This document shows, in pieces, positions 8,206-15,926 of a DNA stretch of 64,000 nucleotides (its first letter is position 1; every line of letters starts with the position of its first letter). A program made the translations under genes and the position numbers. The notes under the pieces are model-generated. The model saw only the letters and a program-made list of their open reading frames with translations, did no database searches and was not told the DNA's origin. The stretch is from Clostridia bacterium (GTDB lineage Bacteria; Bacillota; Clostridia; Oscillospirales; RGIG8002), in NCBI GenBank assembly GCA_017620395.1, contig JAFZQJ010000022.1:72977-136976 (forward strand), read 5' to 3'.

Positions 8206-9080
8206 CCGATATCAAACGCCTTCACCCGACGGCTCTTTTCATATACTTTCTGACGGTAATACTGCTGCCGATGTTCGTGCTCGACCCGGTTATACTCGCC
8301 CTATCTCTGCTCGGGGCAACGCTTTGCCTCATATGCGTCAGAAAAAGCGGAGAAAAAAGCGGAATACTGCTCTATTCCCTCCTCTTCTTCGGGATAACCG
8401 TTATAAACCCGCTTATTTCGCACAACGGCGACACCGAGCTGTTTTTTATCAACAACAAGCCGGTAACGCTTGAGGCCGTCATATACGGCGCGGTCTCGGC
8501 GGTAATGATAATCGGAATACTGATCTGGTTCCGTTCGTTTTCCGCGGTAATGACCGGTGAAAAGCTGCTGTATCTTGTCGGAAGCGTGCTTCCTAAGACT
8601 TCCGTCATACTGTGCTCCGCGCTGCGGTATATCCCGCTTTTCAAAAAGCAGCACGAAAAGATCAGAGCTGCGCAGACGGCAATGGGACTTTATACCGCCG
8701 ATAACATCACGGACAAGCTGAAAGGCTCCGCGCGCGTGTTTTCGATACTCACCACCTGGTCGCTCGAAAACTCGATCGACACCGCCGATTCAATGAAAGC
8801 GCGCGGCTACGGATTGAAGCACAGGACGTCATTCACTCTTTATAAGTATCACGCTTCGGATATAATCTTCACGATAATAACCGTACTTCTCGCCGCTTCG
8901 GCGATAACCTTCGCCGCGGTCGGCGGACTGTCAATGCAATTCTATCCGAACGTCGCGCTTCCCGAAACGACAACGCTGATAGTCGCTTCATATATTTCCT
9001 ACGGGGCGCTTGCGCTTCTGCCCGCCGTCCTGGAGATAACGGAGATACTCAAATGGAGATACTTAACGTCGAGAATCTGA
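8202..9080 (+). CDS. ecfT: ECF transporter transmembrane (T) component, CbiQ/EcfT family
   Basis: Polytopic protein of typical size. Its start overlaps the upstream stop as ATGA. It precedes ECF-type ATPase and S-component genes. Confidence 0.7.
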   Translation: MTDIKRLHPTALFIYFLTVILLPMFVLDPVILALSLLGATLCLICVRKSGEKSGILLYSLLFFGITVINPLISHNGDTELFFINNKPVTLEAVIYGAVSAVMIIGILIWFRSFSAVMTGEKLLYLVGSVLPKTSVILCSALRYIPLFKKQHEKIRAAQTAMGLYTADNITDKLKGSARVFSILTTWSLENSIDTADSMKARGYGLKHRTSFTLYKYHASDIIFTIITVLLAASAITFAAVGGLSMQFYPNVALPETTTLIVASYISYGALALLPAVLEITEILKWRYLTSRI

Positions 9081-10678
9081 CATTTAAATATCCGAAATGC
9101 GACCGCGAGGCGCTAAGCGACGTTTCGTTCAGCGTAAACGCCGGAGATTTCATTGTGCTTTTCGGTGAGACGGGCTGCGGCAAAACCACGCTTCTGCGTA
9201 TGCTGAAACGCGAGCTTTCACCTGCCGGCGAAAAATCCGGCAGCATACTTTACAAGGGCACCGAGCTTTCCGGCCTTGACGCCAAAACCGCCGCGACCGA
9301 AATCGGCTTCGTTATGCAGAAGCCGGAAACTCAAATCGTCACCGACAAGGTATGGCACGAACTTGCGTTCGGACTTGAAAGCGCGGGAGCTTCAAAAAGC
9401 GCGATAAACCGCCGCATCAGCGAAATGGCGAGCTACTTCGGCATCGGCAACTGGTTCCTGCGCGACGTATCCGAGCTTTCCGGTGGTCAGAAGCAGCTTC
9501 TCAACCTCGCTTCCGTTATGGTAACGCAGCCGAAACTCCTGCTTCTCGACGAACCGACGAGCCAGCTCGATCCTATCGCCGCGTCCGAATTCATATCGAC
9601 TCTTGCCAAACTCAACCGCGAGCTTTCTCTGACGATAATCATTTCCGAGCACCGCCTCGAAGATCTCTTTCTCGCCGCGGACAAGGCGATAGAGCTTAAA
9701 GACGGCAGGCTTATCGCGTACGGAGAGCCGCGCTCTGTCGCCGCGGGAATGGACAAGAGCGACTCTATGGAAGCCGCGATGCCCTGCGCGGTGCGCGTCT
9801 GCAAGGCGCTCGATGCGGACTGCGAATACCCGCTGACCGTCAAGGAAGGCCGCGCGTTTATAGAGAAATACGGCAACGAAACCAAAGAACTGCCCGCGCC
9901 GGAGCGTACTTCCGGCGAAGAAGCGCTGCGTTTTTCACGCGTCTTCTTCCGCTACGGAAGAGAGCTTCCCGACGTGCTCTGCGATCTCGATCTTTCCGTG
10001 AAAGAAGGCGAAATATACTGCCTCCTCGGCGATAACGCCTCAGGTAAAACGACGGCACTATCCGTCGCGGCGGGACTGCTTAAAGCCTATTCCGGCAAAG
10101 TCGAGGTTTTCGGCAAAAAGATTTCCGCCTATAAAAGCGGAGAGCTATACAAAAACTGCGTCGCGATGCTGCCGCAGGACGTGCAGACGGTCTTCCTGCA
10201 TGAAACGATACGCGATGACCTCGCAGAAATAAGCGAAGAACTCTCTTCGCTCCCGTTCGACGTGACGCCTTATCTGGATAAGCATCCTTACGACCTGAGC
10301 GGCGGCGAACAGCAGCTCTGTGCGCTCGCGAAAACGCTTCTGCTCAAGCCGCGCCTGCTTCTGCTCGACGAGCCGACGAAAGGCGTCGACGCCGCGGCGA
10401 AAAGGCGCGTGATCGAAATACTCCGCAAGCTAAAATCAGACGGCGTGACTACTCTGCTCGTCACGCACGACGTCGAATTCGCCGCCTCCTGCGCGGACAG
10501 ATGCGCCTTGTTTTTCAACGGCTCCGTCGCCGCAGTCGAAGACCCCGAAACCTTCTTCTCGGAAAACAACTTTTATACGACCGCCGCAAGCAGAATGAGC
10601 CGCGGGCATTACGACCGCGCCGTAACCGCGGACGACGTCGTGAAGCTTTGCAGAATAAACGGAAGGAAGCCGGCATGA
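9053..10678 (+). CDS. Fused tandem ECF/ABC transporter ATPase (EcfA-EcfA' type)
   Basis: Two complete ABC cassettes. The first has Walker A GETGCGKTT, signature LSGGQKQ and Walker B LLLLDEPTS. The second has GDNASGKTT, LSGGEQQ and LLLLDEPTK. Confidence 0.9.
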   Translation: MEILNVENLTFKYPKCDREALSDVSFSVNAGDFIVLFGETGCGKTTLLRMLKRELSPAGEKSGSILYKGTELSGLDAKTAATEIGFVMQKPETQIVTDKVWHELAFGLESAGASKSAINRRISEMASYFGIGNWFLRDVSELSGGQKQLLNLASVMVTQPKLLLLDEPTSQLDPIAASEFISTLAKLNRELSLTIIISEHRLEDLFLAADKAIELKDGRLIAYGEPRSVAAGMDKSDSMEAAMPCAVRVCKALDADCEYPLTVKEGRAFIEKYGNETKELPAPERTSGEEALRFSRVFFRYGRELPDVLCDLDLSVKEGEIYCLLGDNASGKTTALSVAAGLLKAYSGKVEVFGKKISAYKSGELYKNCVAMLPQDVQTVFLHETIRDDLAEISEELSSLPFDVTPYLDKHPYDLSGGEQQLCALAKTLLLKPRLLLLDEPTKGVDAAAKRRVIEILRKLKSDGVTTLLVTHDVEFAASCADRCALFFNGSVAAVEDPETFFSENNFYTTAASRMSRGHYDRAVTADDVVKLCRINGRKPA

Positions 10679-11349
10679 GAAAGAAGCTCTCGATCGCGAT
10701 CCTGCTGCTTTCCGTACCGATAAGCGTACTGCTCGCGGCGACCGTCTTTTCCGATAAGAGTTACGCCTATCTCTCGCTCGTTATCGTCGTCATATCGCTC
10801 GCGGCGCTCTTCATTTCGTTTGAGAAAAAAGAAAACAGCGCAAGGCAGCTTATCGTGATCTCGATAATGTGCGTGCTGTCGATCGTGGGACGGCTCGTTT
10901 TCGCGGTCATACCCGCGTTCAAGCCGGTAACGGCGATAATAATACTGCTGTCGATGTATTTCGGCGGCGAAGCGGGTTTTATCTGCGGCGCGATGACCGC
11001 GCTGATATCGAACTTCTACTTCGGGCAGGGCCCGTGGACGCCGTATCAGATGCTCGCGTGGGGACTCGTCGGACTCTTCGCCGGCCTGCTCGCCCCTCTG
11101 CTTCGCAGGAATCTGATAATTACCTGCGTTTACGGCGCGCTGTCGGGTGTGATATTCTCGCTGATAATGGATATTCAAACGGCGATGTGGTACACGAACG
11201 AATTCAACCTCGCCGTATACGCGACGAAGATCGGCACTTCCCTGCCGTTCACGATAATTTACGCGGTATCGAACGTCATCTTCCTGCTGCTCCTCGCGAA
11301 ACCTATAGGCAAAAAGATAGAGCGATTGAAGATCAAATACGGAATATAA
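10675..11349 (+). CDS. ECF transporter substrate-specific (S) component, presumably for cobalamin or a corrinoid
   Basis: The ATG at 10675 overlaps the ATPase stop (ATGA). The upstream part of tracked ORF 10501 is Arg-rich out-of-frame read-through of the ATPase gene. It is a six-TM-type small protein with the FGQGPWTPYQMLAWG motif typical of the ECF S family (PF12822-like, from memory). Confidence 0.7.
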   Translation: MRKKLSIAILLLSVPISVLLAATVFSDKSYAYLSLVIVVISLAALFISFEKKENSARQLIVISIMCVLSIVGRLVFAVIPAFKPVTAIIILLSMYFGGEAGFICGAMTALISNFYFGQGPWTPYQMLAWGLVGLFAGLLAPLLRRNLIITCVYGALSGVIFSLIMDIQTAMWYTNEFNLAVYATKIGTSLPFTIIYAVSNVIFLLLLAKPIGKKIERLKIKYGI

Positions 11350-11356
11350 ATAAACA

Positions 11357-11392
11357 ACAAAACGTCCGCCTGTGACCCAGGCGGACGTTTTT
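11357..11392. terminator. Bidirectional intrinsic terminator between convergent genes
   Basis: AACGTCCGCC (11361-11370) pairs with GGCGGACGTT (11380-11389). It is flanked by an A-run on the left and a T-run on the right. Confidence 0.8.
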
Positions 11393-11414
11393 AATCTGTT
11401 GACCGAAACGGAAC

Positions 11415-12335
11415 CTACGCAAGCTTCGCGGATATGCGGAGAACAATCAGCGCGTCGGCGACCGTAACTTTGCCGTCGCCGTCTTTGTCATAAAAGGCGG
11501 AGGCAATTCCCGGCGTGGGTTCAGCAAGCTTCGCAGCGACGCGAAGAACACGCAGCGCATCCGATACCGAATACTCAAAAGATACACTGGGTTCACCTGC
11601 CCATACTGCAGACGCGCTTGTGTGCGCGCTTTCAACATAAGGATTATCCTTAAGTAACTCGGCCGCGCCAACAGACGCTTCTTCTGTTTTTTCTTTCAGC
11701 GAAACGGCGAAAGTGATTCCTACGCGCGAAAGATAATCCGGTTTCACCTCTTCCTTCGGCACTTCTCCTTGCGCAGTGATTATCGAAAGCACGGAATCCC
11801 CATACGACTCGATCTCTATTTCCGGAAGTATATCGCGAAGATCAGGATAAGGATCGCCACCGGGGCCTTCATAAGTGTAATACTGCTCCTTCAGCGTTAC
11901 TATCACTCGGCCGGGCGTTATACCGCCGAGCACCGGTCTCGCCGCAAAGAGATACTGATTATCGTTCAGAATTGCCATCGCCTCTAGGACTGCTTCGCGA
12001 GTTTTTTCACGAAGTTTAACGCGATATACAGTCCTTTGCTTGCCGTAATTCTTCGGCGGAACGATCTCGGTATCGGTTGCCGGATATCTGCCGGTCAGTT
12101 CGTATTCTTCAATATCCAGCTCGGGAAACAACTCGGTAATATCCCCGATGAATATGCCCTTCAGATACAACCTGAGTTCTCCGGGATGAAAGACAGTGTT
12201 TTCATAGTTTTTATACCACTGATCCTCCAGAGGCGTAAAACCATCGCCTTCCGCAAACGCCGTCACGGGAACGACCGCCGCCATAAGCGCAAAACAAAGC
12301 ACTACCGCAATCAAGCGTTTGAACAGTCTTTTCAT
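11415..12335 (-). CDS. Secreted dockerin-containing protein with two tandem roughly 110-aa modules (possibly peptidase-propeptide/I9-like)
   Basis: AAGGAG RBS before the ATG at 12335. Signal peptide MKRLFKRLIAVVLCFALMAAVVPVTAFA. The internal repeat is seen in LFPELDIEEYE...VKLREKTREAVLEAMAILNDNQYLFAARP versus ILPEIEIESYG...VSLKEKTEEASVGAAELLKDNPYVESAH. The C-terminal dockerin reads SVSDALRVLRVAAKLA...YDKDGDGKVTVADALIVLRISAKLA. Confidence 0.6.
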   Translation of the reverse strand: MKRLFKRLIAVVLCFALMAAVVPVTAFAEGDGFTPLEDQWYKNYENTVFHPGELRLYLKGIFIGDITELFPELDIEEYELTGRYPATDTEIVPPKNYGKQRTVYRVKLREKTREAVLEAMAILNDNQYLFAARPVLGGITPGRVIVTLKEQYYTYEGPGGDPYPDLRDILPEIEIESYGDSVLSIITAQGEVPKEEVKPDYLSRVGITFAVSLKEKTEEASVGAAELLKDNPYVESAHTSASAVWAGEPSVSFEYSVSDALRVLRVAAKLAEPTPGIASAFYDKDGDGKVTVADALIVLRISAKLA

Positions 12336-12395
12336 AATTATCACTCCTTTCTTAATAATCAATATCGTTAAAGGATGGTGCACCGTCCGATAACT

Positions 12396-13289
12396 CTAAT
12401 ACTTCTTATCTATGACCAAATAGCACAATCCGCCCTTTTTATCAAGACAAACCTCCACTTTACCCTCTTCAACCGCAAAAGTAATATAGCGTTTCCCGCT
12501 TAAAAAATAATCTGAAATATCGGCGTTCTCGAGCACGTCCATTGCGATATCCGTATCAGCTACAACGCTTTTTGCAATTTCAACGGCTTTTTTCTTGCTT
12601 ATTACATTAGCGAAATGTGATTGGTTTTGATTAACACTCGAGTCATATCTCATCAAGCCGCCTGAAAGAGCGTCGACCGAAACCGTGCTGCCGTCGGATC
12701 CGACGTAACGGTCGATGACGTAACTGCTGCCGGAATCGACGACCGCGGTCGAGCTTTGATAATCAAAGGTCTTGTATTCGCCGTTTATGCGGTATGTGAC
12801 CGCGGGCATATTATCCTTCACGAAATCGCCTTCGGGCTGCTCGGGGACGTCGCTGCCGGAGGGAGTTTCGGAGGATGACGCTGGATCATCCGGGCTCTCG
12901 GCCGAGGAGCCGCTCGGCGCTTCGCTGCCGCGGGAGCGGCTTTCGCCGCTTTGTTCCGACGAGGCGTTGTTTTCGCTATCAGGCTCGGAGCTGCTTTCCG
13001 GCTCGGAGCTGTCGGATTCGCTGCTGTCGACGGGAGCGACTATACCGGAATTGCCGCCGTTCGGGGCGACGAAGTTTTCGCTGCGGAAGGAACCGATCGC
13101 TTTCAGCGCGAGCGGCGTTCCGGCGGCGATCACGGCTATCGCGACCGCAGCAGCCGCCCACTTCAGCCACGGCCTTTTCACAAACGGCGTAACGCGCACG
13201 GCGCCCGCGCTTTGCGGGGCTTCGTCCGCCGCTTCGATAAGGTCAAAATCCATCAGCCCTATCGTTTCATTTATAAGCTCATAATTCAT
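12396..13289 (-). CDS. Single-pass membrane protein, putative anti-sigma factor partner
   Basis: Its start overlaps the sigma gene's stop by 11 nt. It has a short cytoplasmic N-terminus, a TM helix WLKWAAAAVAIAVIAAGTPLAL, a Ser/Glu/Pro-rich linker and a C-terminal globular domain. No zf-HC2 motif is visible, so the role is inferred from position only. Confidence 0.45.
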   Translation of the reverse strand: MNYELINETIGLMDFDLIEAADEAPQSAGAVRVTPFVKRPWLKWAAAAVAIAVIAAGTPLALKAIGSFRSENFVAPNGGNSGIVAPVDSSESDSSEPESSSEPDSENNASSEQSGESRSRGSEAPSGSSAESPDDPASSSETPSGSDVPEQPEGDFVKDNMPAVTYRINGEYKTFDYQSSTAVVDSGSSYVIDRYVGSDGSTVSVDALSGGLMRYDSSVNQNQSHFANVISKKKAVEIAKSVVADTDIAMDVLENADISDYFLSGKRYITFAVEEGKVEVCLDKKGGLCYLVIDKKY

Positions 13290-13848
13290 AATCCGCTTCC
13301 TCTTTCAAATACTCAGCGAGTGAATCCCGCGTGCGCTTGAGCATCATCTTGACCTTGCTTTTGCCGAAGCCACAGCGCTTGCATATCTCGTCTATCGAAT
13401 CGTAATACCAGTATCGCCGGATGAATACGTTTCGTTCGGTCGTTCCAAGAGAGCGGACGAAATCCGAGATCAAGCTCGCAAGCTCGCGGGCGCCGACCTC
13501 TCCGTCTACGTCGCGGAAAGCCGCGATCTCGCCGAGCTCATCGAGCGAGCCGAGCGACTTCGGCAGGCGCTTTTTCGCGTTATTGCGCAGGCGCCTGTTC
13601 ACCGAGGCGTTGCGGACGAGCATACCGAGATACGCTTTCAGGTTTTCCGGGCGTTTGGGAGGTATGCTGTTCCACGCGGAGAGAAGCGCGTCGTTGACGC
13701 ATTCCTCGGCGTCGCGTTCGTCACCCAGCACGTTCTCCGCTATGTATCGGCAATAAGCGCCGTATTCCTTTTGCGCTTCCGCGACCGCGCTCTCATCTCT
13801 GTTCCAAAATAAAGCGACTATGCTCTTGTCGTTCACGCCGCACTCCAT
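13279..13848 (-). CDS. RNA polymerase sigma-70 family (ECF-type) sigma factor
   Basis: Size and layout fit region 2 (DAEECVNDALLSAWNS) and region 4 with an HTH (YWYYDSIDEICKRCGFGKSKVKMMLKRTRDSL). Confidence 0.75.
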   Translation of the reverse strand: MECGVNDKSIVALFWNRDESAVAEAQKEYGAYCRYIAENVLGDERDAEECVNDALLSAWNSIPPKRPENLKAYLGMLVRNASVNRRLRNNAKKRLPKSLGSLDELGEIAAFRDVDGEVGARELASLISDFVRSLGTTERNVFIRRYWYYDSIDEICKRCGFGKSKVKMMLKRTRDSLAEYLKEEADYEL

Positions 13849-13924
13849 TCCCCTTTGCTGAAAGGCCTTTCACTCTAATACACAGAAAATACACTTGTTT
13901 GGTCACAAATTTTTCCGCTTTTTT

Positions 13925-13953
13925 ATTATAGCATAAAAATAGTGAAATTGCGA
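13925..13953 (-). promoter_or_regulatory. Candidate extended -10 promoter for the sigma / anti-sigma operon
   Basis: On the minus strand: TCGCAA (13948-13953), a 17-nt spacer ending in TGC, then TATAAT (13925-13930). Confidence 0.45.
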
Positions 13954-13980
13954 GCTTGCCGCACATCAGCCGGTTTTGCG

Positions 13981-14014
13981 TAAAAAAAGACAGCCACGGC
14001 AAAGTGACTGTCTT
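13981..14014 (-). terminator. Intrinsic terminator downstream of lysA
   Basis: AAGACAG (13987-13993) pairs with CTGTCTT (14008-14014), with inner CAC/GTG pairs. On the minus strand it is followed by a T-run (complement of 13981-13988). Confidence 0.6.
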
Positions 14015-14038
14015 CTGTTACGCTTTATTCTGCGACGC

Positions 14039-15340
14039 TTATTCCTCGTCGAAGGCGGTGAGGTCGGCGTAGGTCTCGCGGCGGATCGCGAGGCGGTCTT
14101 CGCCGTTCTCGATGACGACCATCGCCGGGCGCGGGTTGCGGTTGTAGTTCGACGACATCGAGTAGTTATACGCGCCGGTGGTGAAGACGGCGAGGATATC
14201 GCCGCGTTCGGGGCGCTGGATCTCGATATCCCTGCCGATGAGGTCGCCGCTTTCGCAGCACTTGCCCGCTATCGCGGCGTGGTAATCCGACGGGAAGGAC
14301 GCTTTGTTCGCGACACAGGCGGTGTAACGCGCCTTATAGAGCGCGTAGCGCGGGTTATCGAACATTCCGCCGTCGACGCTGACGTAGTTGCGCACGCCTT
14401 CGATCTCCTTGACGCAGCCGACGGTGTAGAGCGTTATGCCGTTATTCGCAACTATCGCCCTGCCCGGCTCGAACATCAGGAACGGCTCGGGGAAGTCGTT
14501 TTCCTCGCAGAAGCGCTTGACGCGGGCCGCGACGGCGCCGATTATGCGGTCCGCGGAAAGCGGATCGTCCGACGGAACGTAGCGCACGCCGAAGCCGCCG
14601 CCGATGTTCAACTCAGGGAGCGTTACTCCGGTAAGCTCGCGGATATTCACGAGGAAGCGCATCAGCATTTCCGCCTCGTCCTCGAACGGCAGCACCTCGA
14701 ATATCTGACTGCCGATGTGGCAGTCGATGCCCGCAAGCTCGATATGCTCGCTCGCGAGCGCCTTCAGCACGCCGGCGAGCGCGTCGCCCTTCTCGATCGA
14801 GAGGCCGAACTTGGAATCAACCTGGCCGGTCATAATGTATTCGTGCGTGCTCGCTTCGACGCCGGGGTTGGCGCGGACGAGCACCTTCACCTTTTTGCCG
14901 AGTTCGGCGGCGATACGCTCGATATCGTCGAGCTCGCTCATACTGTCGGAAAAGATCCTGCCGATGCCGCTTTCAATGGCGAGGCGCAGCTCGGATTCCG
15001 TCTTGTTGTTGCCGTGGAAGCAGATTTTCTCCGGGTTGACGTTAGCTTTCAACGCGGTATACAATTCGCCTCCCGAAACGACGTCGAGTCCGAAGCCGCA
15101 GGAGGAGACCGTCTTGCAGACCGCCTTGTTGCAGTTCGCCTTGCTCGCGAAGAGAATCATTCCCCTGCCGCCGTAATGCTTCTGAAGCGCGGCGGTGAAC
15201 TCCGCGCAGGACGCCTTCACGCCGTCGAGCGACGTGACGTAAAGCGGTGTGCCGTACTTTTGCGCGAGCGCGACGGTGTCGGCGCCGGAGAACGCGAGGT
15301 GTCCGGCGGCGTTGACTTTTGCGTGATCGGATACGAACAT
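14039..15340 (-). CDS. lysA: Diaminopimelate decarboxylase
   Basis: Fold-III PLP decarboxylase layout with FASKAN (PLP lysine), GGGFGV, CESGD and a typical C-terminus. Confidence 0.85.
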   Translation of the reverse strand: MFVSDHAKVNAAGHLAFSGADTVALAQKYGTPLYVTSLDGVKASCAEFTAALQKHYGGRGMILFASKANCNKAVCKTVSSCGFGLDVVSGGELYTALKANVNPEKICFHGNNKTESELRLAIESGIGRIFSDSMSELDDIERIAAELGKKVKVLVRANPGVEASTHEYIMTGQVDSKFGLSIEKGDALAGVLKALASEHIELAGIDCHIGSQIFEVLPFEDEAEMLMRFLVNIRELTGVTLPELNIGGGFGVRYVPSDDPLSADRIIGAVAARVKRFCEENDFPEPFLMFEPGRAIVANNGITLYTVGCVKEIEGVRNYVSVDGGMFDNPRYALYKARYTACVANKASFPSDYHAAIAGKCCESGDLIGRDIEIQRPERGDILAVFTTGAYNYSMSSNYNRNPRPAMVVIENGEDRLAIRRETYADLTAFDEE

Positions 15341-15341
15341 T

Positions 15342-15926
15342 TTACTTCACCTTTTCTTCGATCATTGCGATCAGTTCGTTCTTCCCCGCGTCTTCAAAGG
15401 TTGAGAATTCAACGATCTTCACACCGGAGAGCTGTTTTATCGACTGCAGTTTTTCTATGTTCTCGGCGCGCTGGCGCTTGGAGAGCTTGTCGGCCTTCGT
15501 CGCCGCGACGACGTAATCGTAGCCGTAATAGTTGAGAAAGTCGAGCATCATGAGGTCGTCCGCGCTCGGCCCGTTGCGCAGGTCGATGAGCTGAAGCACG
15601 AGCCGCAGGTCGCGTTCGCTCTGCCAAAAAGCGTCCATCAGCTTCATCCATTTTTCCTTTATCTCTTTGGAGACCTTCGCGTAGCCGTAGCCCGGCAGGT
15701 CGACGAAACGGAGCTGCCCGTCTATATTGAAGAAGTTGACGGTGCGCGTTTTGCCCGGCTCGGAGCCGGTCTTCGCCAGCGATTTCCTGCCAAGAAGCTT
15801 GTTGATGAGCGAAGATTTGCCGACGTTAGATTTGCCGGAAAACGCGATCTCCGGCAGGTCGGACGCGAACAGCTGCGAAGGCGCGCCGCAGGAGGTCTCA
15901 AAGCATGCGTTCTGCCACTTTATCAT
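15342..15926 (-). CDS. engB: Ribosome biogenesis GTP-binding protein YsxC/EngB
   Basis: G1 GKSNVGKSSLINKL, G3 DLPGYGYA, G4 TKADK. It lies downstream of lon, as in many Firmicutes. Confidence 0.85.
   Translation of the reverse strand: MIKWQNACFETSCGAPSQLFASDLPEIAFSGKSNVGKSSLINKLLGRKSLAKTGSEPGKTRTVNFFNIDGQLRFVDLPGYGYAKVSKEIKEKWMKLMDAFWQSERDLRLVLQLIDLRNGPSADDLMMLDFLNYYGYDYVVAATKADKLSKRQRAENIEKLQSIKQLSGVKIVEFSTFEDAGKNELIAMIEEKVK

Noticed and set aside
10501-10674. Upstream extension of the S-component ORF.
   Set aside because: It is out-of-frame read-through of the ATPase gene (Arg-rich). The ATG at 10675 in an ATGA overlap is the credible start.
12336-12395. Small palindrome GGATGGTGCACCGTCC between the membrane-partner gene and the dockerin gene, considered as a terminator.
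   Set aside because: The stem is only 6 bp and includes a wobble pair or mismatch. On the transcribed (minus) strand there is no convincing U-run, so it is not enough to call a terminator or attenuator.
13976-15535. 519-aa ORF on the plus strand.
   Set aside because: It lies antisense to lysA and engB, which carry clear family motifs. The product is Arg/Ala/Gly/Val/Asp-rich low-information sequence typical of shadow ORFs in high-GC DNA, and there is no RBS.
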